The position numbers and the translations under genes were made by a program. Below are positions 1-8,481 of a DNA stretch of 14,045 nt, piece after piece. Within the stretch, counting starts at the first letter, position 1, and every line of letters begins with the position of its first letter. The notes beneath the pieces are model-generated. The model was given only the letters and a program-made list of their open reading frames with translations, was not told where the DNA came from and made no database searches. The DNA lies in the NCBI GenBank assembly GCA_050293845.1, contig JBNKNM010000147.1:1-14045 (forward strand), written 5' to 3'. Source of the stretch: Pseudobacteriovorax sp. (GTDB taxonomy: Bacteria; Bdellovibrionota_B; Oligoflexia; Oligoflexales; Oligoflexaceae).

Positions 1-203
1 GTTTGTGGGTTGATCCCCTTGCGAGCGGCACGCTGGGCGATTTTAAGCTTTCCAAACCCTGGAACCGGAAAATCAGCACTTAACTTTTCCTTTTTTAAAT
101 GTTGAAACCCGATTTCTTTATAAGCATCAAAAATTCTCTTAACATCCGCCTTAGTAAGCTCTGTACTCTCAGAGATAGCATCAATCAATTCTGCTTGATT
201 CAC
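1..203 (-). CDS. hup: HU-family histone-like DNA-binding protein (3' end runs off the window)
   Basis: Manual translation from GTG at 203: MNQAELIDAISESTELTKADVKRIFDAYKEIGFQHLKKEKLSADFPVPGFGKLKIAQRAARKGINPQ..., with the HU hallmarks MNxxELI, GFGxF/L and RxARxGxNPxT. SD GGAGGT at 214-209. Confidence 0.93.
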   Translation of the reverse strand, partial: MNQAELIDAISESTELTKADVKRIFDAYKEIGFQHLKKEKLSADFPVPGFGKLKIAQRAARKGINPQ

Positions 204-245
204 AGAAAACCTCCACACCTAAAGTATCTTGTTGATATCGGACCA

Positions 246-275
246 ATGGTACCAGGTAAAGAATTATAAATGCAA
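246..275 (-). promoter_or_regulatory. Putative sigma-70 promoter for the HU gene
   Basis: Minus strand TTGCAT (275-270), N18, TACCAT (251-246), with an extended -10 TGn. Motif match only. Confidence 0.4.
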
Positions 276-303
276 GTAACAAAGTAGCATCTGCCTTATT
301 CCA

Positions 304-1332
304 TCAAGCTTTTGATCGCTGCTTCTCCCCTTCCTCTTTAAAGACCCATAAGAGATAAACGAGAGCCGGCAAAATAATAGCCCCACCCCCCACCAATGCT
401 AAAACCAAAAAGAATTGCGTGCTGGAGGTGGCTTGGCTATCCAAAATACTGAGGACATCTCCGTCGTTATAACGTATAAAATCTGGAAAGCCTAAGCTCA
501 CCCAACCAAATACTATGGCGCACATCTGGGCTCCGAGGATGGCACGCATCAACCATTTTTTGGAGCTGCTAATACCTAGCCAAATGGGAAGCTCTAAAAG
601 GGTTGCTAAAAACAGGCAAGACAATGAAGTAAGATTATTCAAGAACCTGGTTACCAAGGATACCCCACTAAAATGGGAAACGATAAACACCCCTAGACCC
701 GTAATGATCGCTAGAGAGTTAAAACGTCGTGTCCAACGGATGAAATAAGCCTTCATCGTGGCATCGACGTCCTCACCAACAAAAAATGCGCTAGCCAGAT
801 ATCCGAACAATACTATAAAGAACATCCCTACAGTTATGCAAAAAGGGTTAAGCCAGGGCTGCCAATAAATTTGCCAATAACTAGCTCCAGAGTCGGGTTT
901 CATAAAACCTCCTCGGGCCAGAGCACCAATGATGATTCCTATAAAAAAAGTAGTGAGTAGTGACGAGTAGCGAAAAATGAAAGAGTAAAGCCTAGCGCTC
1001 TCGCCAAGCTTTGCATCGTAGTGACGGAACGTAAAAGCGCACCCTCTCAAGATCATACCTATAAGCATAAGTGTTAAAGGGATGTGTAGCAAAATCGAAA
1101 GTTCAGCATAAAAGGCGGGGAAGCCATTGAATAAAATGACAACGGCTAGCACAGCCCACATATGGTTCGCTTCCCAAACTGGCCCCATTGCCTTGTAGAC
1201 CAGGTTTTCAATGTGTTCAGCTTTCTGCTTTGCCGAGAATATCTCGATAATTCCCGCTCCAAAATCAGCACCACCTAATATAGTATATAGAACTATAGAC
1301 GCACCTAAAAAAACGAGTATGGTCTCAAGCAT
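304..1332 (-). CDS. cydB: Cytochrome bd-type ubiquinol oxidase subunit II
   Basis: LGGADFGAG, MGPVWEANHMW and LRGCAFTFR motifs; multi-pass hydrophobic protein; 10 nt downstream of cydA. Confidence 0.95.
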   Translation of the reverse strand: MLETILVFLGASIVLYTILGGADFGAGIIEIFSAKQKAEHIENLVYKAMGPVWEANHMWAVLAVVILFNGFPAFYAELSILLHIPLTLMLIGMILRGCAFTFRHYDAKLGESARLYSFIFRYSSLLTTFFIGIIIGALARGGFMKPDSGASYWQIYWQPWLNPFCITVGMFFIVLFGYLASAFFVGEDVDATMKAYFIRWTRRFNSLAIITGLGVFIVSHFSGVSLVTRFLNNLTSLSCLFLATLLELPIWLGISSSKKWLMRAILGAQMCAIVFGWVSLGFPDFIRYNDGDVLSILDSQATSSTQFFLVLALVGGGAIILPALVYLLWVFKEEGEKQRSKA

Positions 1333-1342
1333 AGCTTTAATC

Positions 1343-2644
1343 CTAGGAATATTTGGGTATGGACTCTATTTGCCGTTTCATCAACCACACTAACACCAAT
1401 GCAAGAATTACATATATGGTAAAAAATAAGGTAAAGGGAATCCACAAACCAGGCATCGGTGTTAAGGCATCCTCTGTTTTCATTATACCGTAGATAATCC
1501 AGGGTTGACGCCCTAACTCGGTTACAAACCAGCCAGCTTCGACGGCAATAAAGCCAAGCGGTGTCATCCATGAACATAGCTTCAAGAATTTACCCTGCAA
1601 GATCATATGAGGACGCCGCCACCACAAGAAAAAATACAAGCCACTGGTAAGCATTAGTAAGGTACCTATTCCTACCATAATCTGAAAGCTAAAATGCACT
1701 AGTTTAATATTGGGCCATAGCTCTTTGTTAAAATCCTTAAGCCCTTTAACAATTGCAGAAGGGTCCCCAAAAGCCAGAATGCTAAGTAAATATGGAACTT
1801 CTATAGCAAATTCCAAGGTTTCCTGGTCTTCATTAGGGATCCCACCTATGATAAGAGGAGCTCCTGCTTGGGTTTCAAAGTGTGCTTCCATCGCGGCAAG
1901 CTTTAACGGCTGGAGCTCAGCTGTTTCCTTGGCTAGTAAGTCACCGGAAATTGGTTGTATGAGGGATGCTACAGCACCAAAGGTTAAGGATATTTTTAGA
2001 GCATATTGATGGAACTTATTTTTGGGGTCCTTTAATAGCAGCCAAGCATGGAGGCCACCGACAGCAAACCCAGTTGCAGCAATGGATGCTATCAGCATGT
2101 GAACTCCCATATTGAGAGCGCGCTCGTTAAACATTGCCCGCATGGGATCAATATTCAAGGCCTGCCCATTAACCCAATCGAAGCCGGTAGGACTGTTCAT
2201 CCAGGCATTTGCGGAAACAACAAATAAGCCGGAAAATAAACCTGAAATTCCGACTAGAACCCCTGCTCCCCAATGAATTTTTTCAGGGAGCCGCTCCCAG
2301 CCATACAGAAATAAGCCCAAAGCTATAGCTTCAATGAAAAAAGCTGTTCCTTCCAAAGAGAAAGGCATACCTATAATACCTCCAGCATGCTTCATAAACT
2401 CTGGCCATAGCAAGCCCAACTCAAAGGATAAGGCTGTACCAGACACAGCTCCTGTGGCAAAGAAAATAGCAACTCCCTTTGACCAGGCTTTGGTCAAATC
2501 ATAGTAAATGGGATCTCTTGTTTTTATCCACTTCCAATGGGACACGGCCATAAATAGTGGCATGGCCATACCAATACAGGCGAAAACAATATGGAATCCT
2601 AGTGAAACACCCATTTGAAAGCGAGCTGCGAGTAAATCAAACAT
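1343..2644 (-). CDS. cydA: Cytochrome bd-type ubiquinol oxidase subunit I (short Q-loop)
   Basis: ARFQMGVSLGFHIVF (His19-equivalent), LEGTAFFIEA, VHM (His186-equivalent), QPLKLAAME (Q-loop K/E), FQIMVG (Met393-equivalent), GWFVTELGRQPW. Confidence 0.97.
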   Translation of the reverse strand: MFDLLAARFQMGVSLGFHIVFACIGMAMPLFMAVSHWKWIKTRDPIYYDLTKAWSKGVAIFFATGAVSGTALSFELGLLWPEFMKHAGGIIGMPFSLEGTAFFIEAIALGLFLYGWERLPEKIHWGAGVLVGISGLFSGLFVVSANAWMNSPTGFDWVNGQALNIDPMRAMFNERALNMGVHMLIASIAATGFAVGGLHAWLLLKDPKNKFHQYALKISLTFGAVASLIQPISGDLLAKETAELQPLKLAAMEAHFETQAGAPLIIGGIPNEDQETLEFAIEVPYLLSILAFGDPSAIVKGLKDFNKELWPNIKLVHFSFQIMVGIGTLLMLTSGLYFFLWWRRPHMILQGKFLKLCSWMTPLGFIAVEAGWFVTELGRQPWIIYGIMKTEDALTPMPGLWIPFTLFFTIYVILALVLVWLMKRQIESIPKYS

Positions 2645-2743
2645 AATATTCCCTGTTAACTGTATTTATCTAATTTCTAATGAGTTTAAGATCCTAGTAC
2701 TTGTTAAAATTTTAAATGAAATTGGCTTTTATTGTCTTTATTT

Positions 2744-2770
2744 TAAGATAGGCAATCCAATCCCCGATAA
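2744..2770 (+). promoter_or_regulatory. Putative sigma-28 (FliA) promoter P1 of the MCP-flagellin unit
   Basis: TAAG (2744-2747), N15, CCCGATAA (2763-2770) versus consensus TAAA-N15-GCCGATAA. Confidence 0.6.
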
Positions 2771-2779
2771 AGTTAACCC

Positions 2780-2806
2780 TAAAAATTCAAGAATTTTCAC
2801 CGATAC
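2780..2806 (+). promoter_or_regulatory. Putative sigma-28 (FliA) promoter P2 of the MCP-flagellin unit
   Basis: TAAA (2780-2783), N15, ACCGATAC (2799-2806), ending 34 nt before the MCP ATG. Confidence 0.6.
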
Positions 2807-2840
2807 CTCCCTTTGACGTCTAATTTTTAGGGTACAAGCT

Positions 2841-4751
2841 ATGGATGGCCACACCAGCTCAAAAAGACTGTTCATTCTCGTGATGTTAATCTCGCTATTC
2901 AATGCAATAACAACCCTGGACATTAAGGTCACCAATCTCCTAGCGATAAATCAAACAGCATCATTTTTAGAAGCTCAACGCACCATACGACACTTTATGG
3001 GACAAGAGTTACCGGTTGAGCTAGCCCAAGCCATCAACAATCTTAGCCAAAGGGTGGCGAGCAGTGAAGTCATTTCGAGCAATAGCCTTACTTTATTGCC
3101 GCTTTTAAGTTGCGCTACTTTCTTTATCTCATGTCTCAGCCTTATCCTACCTGCTGCGTCGAAAAAATGGCTGGACCAAGTTTCCCATAACAAAGGATCT
3201 GGACAGGATAAAATAGAAATTTCAGCAATGGAGAGGGCCATAGCTGATATCGCCGCATCTGCCGATCAACTTCAAGACTATGTTGAAAACCTGTCCACAC
3301 AAAAATCCCCATCGTCTTCCCATGATACCTTACAGAGTCAATTCGATGAAATTGTGACTCTAGTGGCTCATATCCGCTCCATTTCTAATGAGCTAGTGAG
3401 TGTCCATGAATCCTTTTTAAATGTAGATAAATTACTGCAAAAACTATCTACCCGTTGTGGGGATAACGCTCATTTTGCCTCAGCAACGCGACTCGAATGG
3501 AATACCATGGGAAATAAACTGCGGCAGCTCCGGGAACACCACGATAAGATCAAGTCTACCTCAGAAAAAGCTGTTAAAAATCAAACAGTTACTACAGATA
3601 ATTTATCTAAGACCCTAGAATTCAACAAGATCTATACCAATCATTCTGAAAATGTGAGAGGAAATCTTAATAACCTTTACGAAAAAACTAAAAGTGGATA
3701 CCGGCTCCTAGATCAAATGTCTTCTTCAATTGGAGTATCTAAAGCTGATGTTAACAAAGCATCGGAATTAGTCAAAGGCTTGTCACAGCGAGCTGAAGCC
3801 ATTGTCAATATCATCGATGTCATCGACGATATTGCCGAGCAGACTAATCAGTTAGCTCTAAATGCTTCCATTGAAGCGGCACGCGCCGGGGAGCAAGGAC
3901 AGGGTTTTGCTGTGGTAGCTGGCGAAGTTAGAAATCTCGCAGCACGCTCCAGTACAGCAACAAAATCAATCACAGATCTTCTCGGTACCATTCAAGAGGA
4001 GGCTGAACACGCTTCGCAACTACTCGAAAAAAGCAATGCAACCGTGTCCGATTCCTATGCTAAAATTCGCGATGTGGATCAATCCTATCGTGAATCTTTA
4101 ATTCTAACCCGGCATTCTGTAGCCGGGCTTGATGTGTTGCTCAGCGATGTGAACTCCCACTTTATAGACATCAAGCAGATTGAAAAGCTGAATCATGAGG
4201 TTAAAAAATTATGCAACAACCTCAACACTATGCTCGAAGAACATGGTGATATGAGTTCCTTAATAAATGCTGAAGGTAATCAGCTAACGGTACATGCCGA
4301 TCGCCTATCAAGAGTCCTAACACGTCAGTATTATGAGATCAATCATAGTCAAAAGTTATTGTCATTAACAGCAAGTTCCATAAATGCTGTTAAATCTAAA
4401 ATAGAGCAGTCTCTTTCTAACACAGAAACGATGAAGCATAATCTCGATCACTTGTACAAAGCCTCCATGAATGACGAAAACCGCTACTTTCACCGAAATA
4501 TTGCCGCCATTAAAAGCGTCCAGGTTCTTAAAAGCAGCACCAAAACCCTTCATCTCATTCAAAATCCATTTTCATTGACGACCGGTAATTCCCCAATAGA
4601 GCAAGCTGAAGACATTGGCATATCTTCGAAAGATTCTTTAGCAACTTCCGTAACATCAAGCTCTGACAAATCTTGGACTTCTACGATTTCAAACATGCCT
4701 AAAGACGATATTCTCATAGGTAATAACAATAGCGACAATCAAGCTGGCTAA
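2841..4751 (+). CDS. Methyl-accepting chemotaxis protein-like receptor (long signalling domain)
   Basis: Conserved hairpin tip [43 protein letters not shown]; two hydrophobic segments (~aa 10-27 and 83-106); coiled-coil-like remainder. Confidence 0.92.
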   Translation: MDGHTSSKRLFILVMLISLFNAITTLDIKVTNLLAINQTASFLEAQRTIRHFMGQELPVELAQAINNLSQRVASSEVISSNSLTLLPLLSCATFFISCLSLILPAASKKWLDQVSHNKGSGQDKIEISAMERAIADIAASADQLQDYVENLSTQKSPSSSHDTLQSQFDEIVTLVAHIRSISNELVSVHESFLNVDKLLQKLSTRCGDNAHFASATRLEWNTMGNKLRQLREHHDKIKSTSEKAVKNQTVTTDNLSKTLEFNKIYTNHSENVRGNLNNLYEKTKSGYRLLDQMSSSIGVSKADVNKASELVKGLSQRAEAIVNIIDVIDDIAEQTNQLALNASIEAARAGEQGQGFAVVAGEVRNLAARSSTATKSITDLLGTIQEEAEHASQLLEKSNATVSDSYAKIRDVDQSYRESLILTRHSVAGLDVLLSDVNSHFIDIKQIEKLNHEVKKLCNNLNTMLEEHGDMSSLINAEGNQLTVHADRLSRVLTRQYYEINHSQKLLSLTASSINAVKSKIEQSLSNTETMKHNLDHLYKASMNDENRYFHRNIAAIKSVQVLKSSTKTLHLIQNPFSLTTGNSPIEQAEDIGISSKDSLATSVTSSSDKSWTSTISNMPKDDILIGNNNSDNQAG

Positions 4752-4753
4752 TT

Positions 4754-5674
4754 ATGTCTGAGATCGATCCCAATGCGAAAAAAATTGCAAACAATTTATT
4801 AAGAGCAGGGCGCGATCATAGTAATTCTTTGGAAAAACTCAGCTCAGGAAAGATCTTTACCACTCAAGACCCGCGCCCTGCAGATCGCGCTTTAGCAGAG
4901 CGACTGGAATATAAATTACGCGGCCTCGCTGCTTCGAAGCGCAATATCAACGATGCCATATCGCTAATTCAAACAGCCGAATCAGGATTTTCTGAAGTTA
5001 ATAACATACTGACTCGGATGAAAGAAATCAACATTGCAGCTGCCACAACAACAGTTACAGACAAGGAGAGAAGATTTTTATTTATTGAGTATGAGGCTCT
5101 GCGCCAAGAGATCGACCGTATCGCCACCACCACCGAATTTAACAACATCCCCATCTTAAATGGCAGTAGTGAAAATGCTCCGAAATCCCTGATCTTGAGA
5201 GTTGCCGACCCTGCTTTTTCCGAATTAGCCAGTAGCGCTTCTGGTGATATCAATGAAATCAGGTTTGAGAATTTAGCAGAAATCACAGCAACAGCCGAGG
5301 GTTTGGGCATCAGAAGTGCTTTTGATTTACTGGAAGAAGAAGAGGGCATCGATATTGAAGAAGCCCAGGAACTACTTGAACCAGACGATGAGGACTTCAC
5401 TACTATTTATGATCAAGCTCTCGACCGACTGACAGAATATCGTACCTCATTTGGGGCCATGCAAGCCCGCATCCAACGTGCTATGGATGTTAATGAAGTC
5501 GTGGAAGAGAATATTGCTGCAGCAAAGTCAAAAATAGAGGATACTGACTATGCTACAGAAGTGGCCAAGTTAACTCAATCAGCAATATTGTTGCAGGCAA
5601 ACGGGGCTCTTTTGACTCAAACTAACTTTAGAGAAGGCTTGGGGCTAAATTTAATCAATGCTATGATCTCTTAA
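4754..5674 (+). CDS. Flagellin-family protein (divergent)
   Basis: Flagellin N-domain motifs LEKLSSG, RNINDAISLIQTAE and EIDRIATTTEFN; C-domain motifs FGAMQARI and SKIEDTDYATEVAKLT. Confidence 0.93.
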   Translation: MSEIDPNAKKIANNLLRAGRDHSNSLEKLSSGKIFTTQDPRPADRALAERLEYKLRGLAASKRNINDAISLIQTAESGFSEVNNILTRMKEINIAAATTTVTDKERRFLFIEYEALRQEIDRIATTTEFNNIPILNGSSENAPKSLILRVADPAFSELASSASGDINEIRFENLAEITATAEGLGIRSAFDLLEEEEGIDIEEAQELLEPDDEDFTTIYDQALDRLTEYRTSFGAMQARIQRAMDVNEVVEENIAAAKSKIEDTDYATEVAKLTQSAILLQANGALLTQTNFREGLGLNLINAMIS

Positions 5675-5683
5675 CATGGATGA

Positions 5684-6784
5684 ATGATGGAACGTCTGTG
5701 GTCCTTTGGAAGAAATGGCTTTGGAAACTATGATTTCCGCCAACTTATCGATACTCGTATCATCGAAAACCCTAACGAAAATAGTACGACTCAGATCATC
5801 TGTGATATCGATAAAACTTATCTTGAAACAAGTTTTGAAAACACGGTACAGATGATCAAGATTGCCTTTGAAGATGCAAAGGATAAGATCACCGTCCCTG
5901 GTGCTTCACCTTTTCTCATTGCTGCGCGCTGGGGCAACCCCTATAAGACACTTAATGAAACTGAAACGGACTTTCCACGCCCCCTTCATTTCGTGTCAGC
6001 CTCGCCACCCCAGATGCGAAAAACTCTGGAAGAAAAAATTAGCCTTGATGGCTTAGATTGGACTTCTGACTCGTTTAAAAACCAAGCTTATAATATAAGA
6101 AAGGGGCGCTTGGGTTTTTTACGTCACCATGTTGCATACAAATCCGCTACTGTATTATCAATTATTTCTGAATCTAAACCCGGAAACCAGTTCATACTGA
6201 TTGGGGATAACGCCGAATTCGACGCTTATATTTATCTGGGATTAGCCTTCTTTTTGCATAAGCGACTTTCACGGGATCAATATATTCGCTACTTGCTAGC
6301 AGGAGGTGTCCAAGATTCCATAGCTAAGGACTTTGAATCGCTGTTGGAGGATGATCTCCATGCTCGCATTAAGGGTATACTTATCCGTCGCGCCCCCCAA
6401 TATAAAATGGCACAACACGATCCTATTACCTCACTGATTTATCAGTTCGATAATTATTTCGAAATCCTGTGCTTACTCATTCACTGGCAGCTCATTGATG
6501 TTGAGGTTCTGCTACCCATGGCTAGAGCTTTTCATAACCAATATAACTTTCCGCTCACGGTCATAGAGCGCTGCTTATCCCAGCTGGCACATTCAGCTAA
6601 CTTGGAGGACTCAGATAAACGAAAGGTTTCGTTGGTTAGCCAACAACTTGGCAACCAAAAGCCTCCATCCACAAGCAGATCCGATAGTATGCTTTGCGAG
6701 TTTACCCTGGATCGCTTCCCTTTAGAAGGTGAACGCTTACTCAAGGAAGCAGAAGCATGGGCTAAGCTTCTGACAAAAGAATAA
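5684..6784 (+). CDS. HAD-superfamily phosphatase, App1/DUF2183-like
   Basis: Motif I ICDIDKT (DxDxT, aa 41-45), motif II LHFVSASP, motif III Lys (AYKS) and motif IV FILIGDNAEFD match the App1-like catalytic pattern. Confidence 0.75.
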   Translation: MMERLWSFGRNGFGNYDFRQLIDTRIIENPNENSTTQIICDIDKTYLETSFENTVQMIKIAFEDAKDKITVPGASPFLIAARWGNPYKTLNETETDFPRPLHFVSASPPQMRKTLEEKISLDGLDWTSDSFKNQAYNIRKGRLGFLRHHVAYKSATVLSIISESKPGNQFILIGDNAEFDAYIYLGLAFFLHKRLSRDQYIRYLLAGGVQDSIAKDFESLLEDDLHARIKGILIRRAPQYKMAQHDPITSLIYQFDNYFEILCLLIHWQLIDVEVLLPMARAFHNQYNFPLTVIERCLSQLAHSANLEDSDKRKVSLVSQQLGNQKPPSTSRSDSMLCEFTLDRFPLEGERLLKEAEAWAKLLTKE

Positions 6785-6796
6785 TTTCAATCCAGA

Positions 6797-8410
6797 TTAC
6801 CAAATCATCGTATCTTTGGGACCTTCTGGATCGGACTCTGGAAAATCCAAGTTATAGTGGATTCCTCGCGATTCCTTGCGTTTCCTCGCACACTTAATGG
6901 TTAAGTAGGCTACATCTGCCAGATTCCGAACTTCTAGTAGTGTGTCGTTAATCTGATAATCCCAGTAGTAGGTATTCAGCTCTTTTCTAATGGAAAGGAT
7001 ACGATCATAAGCACGTTGCAGGCGTTTTTCCGACCTGACAATTCCCACATAGTTCCACATGAGACGCCTGATTTCATCCCAGGTGTGAGTGAGAACAACA
7101 AGCTCATCAGGCACTAAAGCATTCCCAGGATTCCATTCCGGCATCTTATAAACCGGGGAGGAATCTAATTTATTGTTTAAGGCAAAATGGGATACACGAT
7201 CGGCAAATACTAAGGCTTCCAAAAGACTGTTTGAAGCTAGCCGGTTAGCACCATGTAAGCCGGTACATGCGACTTCACCTAGAGCGAATAAGCCTTCTAC
7301 ATTAGTTCGACCAAAGGAATCCACAACTAGCCCCCCACAACTATAGTGGGCAGCAGGGACTATAGGGATCATTTCCTTGCGCATATCGATACCGTATTTG
7401 AGGCAAGTGTTGAAAATATTTGGAAAATGAGATGTGATTTTATCATCATCTATCAGGGTGGCATCTAAATACAAATGGGATGACCCACTCTTTTTAAGCT
7501 CCAAATCAATAGCCCGAGCCACCACATCTCGCGGTGCCAACGATCCCATGGGGTGATAGTTTCTCATAAACTCCTCACCGTCGCTATCTTTGAGAATCGC
7601 CCCTTCCCCACGAACGGCCTCCGAAATTAAGAAAGACTTTGCATTGGGATGAAAGAGGCATGTCGGATGAAACTGCATAAACTCCAAATTGGCTACTTTG
7701 CATCCAGCCCTCCAGCCCATAGCTAAGCCATCCCCAGTAGCTCCGTCGGGGTTGGAAGTATAAAGGTAAACCTTTCCATGACCACCTGCACATAAATAAG
7801 TCTGATTGCTCTGATAACAGTAGACTTCTTGAGAATCCCTTTGCTGAACAAACGCTCCCATACAACGATTGCTATTAAAGTTGGGGTGGTACTTATCGGT
7901 TGTTATAAGATCAATGGCAAAGGCATGTTCGAAAATGGTTATATTGGGATTGCTACGCACACTTTCCACTAAGGCCCGCAAAACTTCCTTTCCCGTAAGA
8001 TCATTGGAATGGATCACACGCCTTTGAGAGTGCCCCCCTTCCCGGGTGAGGTGATAGCCCTCTGTCAGATTTGTAGTTTTGGTAAAGTCGACCCCTAAAG
8101 CTATCAGCTCATTAATGGCCTTTGGCCCACCCCGCACTACCAAAGAAACTACATCATAATGACATAGCCCAGCTCCCGCTGATTCGGTATCTTTTATGTG
8201 CTCTTCAAAGGAATCTTCCGGACTGAGCACCGAAGCAATCCCCCCCTGAGCATAACGGGTATTGTTGTCGAAAAGGCTAGCTTTTGCGATTACCGTAACA
8301 CTTTCCTTCTGCCCCAGCTTATGGGCTAGCATCAAGCCAGCGATACCTGAGCCAATTATAAGATTTTCGGTTTTAATCGTTTGATTTCTGCTCATCTTCA
8401 ACCATACCAT
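6797..8410 (-). CDS. nadB: L-aspartate oxidase
   Basis: IIGSGIAGL (FAD binding), YAQGGIASV, TREGGHSQRRVIH, EFMQFHPT, LISEAVRGEG, LAPRDVVARAI, PAAHYSCGG, HGANRLASNSLLE, ESRGIHY. The true start may be the ATG at 8395. Confidence 0.96.
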   Translation of the reverse strand: MVWLKMSRNQTIKTENLIIGSGIAGLMLAHKLGQKESVTVIAKASLFDNNTRYAQGGIASVLSPEDSFEEHIKDTESAGAGLCHYDVVSLVVRGGPKAINELIALGVDFTKTTNLTEGYHLTREGGHSQRRVIHSNDLTGKEVLRALVESVRSNPNITIFEHAFAIDLITTDKYHPNFNSNRCMGAFVQQRDSQEVYCYQSNQTYLCAGGHGKVYLYTSNPDGATGDGLAMGWRAGCKVANLEFMQFHPTCLFHPNAKSFLISEAVRGEGAILKDSDGEEFMRNYHPMGSLAPRDVVARAIDLELKKSGSSHLYLDATLIDDDKITSHFPNIFNTCLKYGIDMRKEMIPIVPAAHYSCGGLVVDSFGRTNVEGLFALGEVACTGLHGANRLASNSLLEALVFADRVSHFALNNKLDSSPVYKMPEWNPGNALVPDELVVLTHTWDEIRRLMWNYVGIVRSEKRLQRAYDRILSIRKELNTYYWDYQINDTLLEVRNLADVAYLTIKCARKRKESRGIHYNLDFPESDPEGPKDTMIW

Positions 8411-8447
8411 CTAGACTCTTGATTTGTTACCCTGGCCAACGTTACAT

Positions 8448-8478
8448 TTGACAATCGATACTGCCAAGCCTAAAAAAG
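8448..8478 (+). promoter_or_regulatory. Putative sigma-70-type promoter for pgsA
   Basis: TTGACA (8448-8453), N17, TAAAAA (8471-8476); the same architecture recurs at 10779-10809. Confidence 0.45.
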
Positions 8479-8481
8479 GAA

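Noticed and set aside
235..261. TCCGATAT on the minus strand upstream of HU as a sigma-28 -10 box
   Set aside because: No TAAA-like -35 at a 14-16 nt spacing.
515..2009. ORFs 515-748, 1211-1393, 1305-1577 and 1710-2009
   Set aside because: They overlap cydAB in other frames or on the other strand and show no motifs; none resembles CydX.
4969..5400. 143-aa Ser-rich antisense ORF inside the flagellin gene
   Set aside because: The Ser runs are simply the reverse complement of the flagellin's GAA/GAT codons; shadow ORF.
6797..8410. nadB without nadA/nadC, or as a succinate dehydrogenase flavoprotein
   Set aside because: Stand-alone nadB is common; the motifs and length fit NadB and it lacks the covalent-FAD His motif and sdh partner genes.
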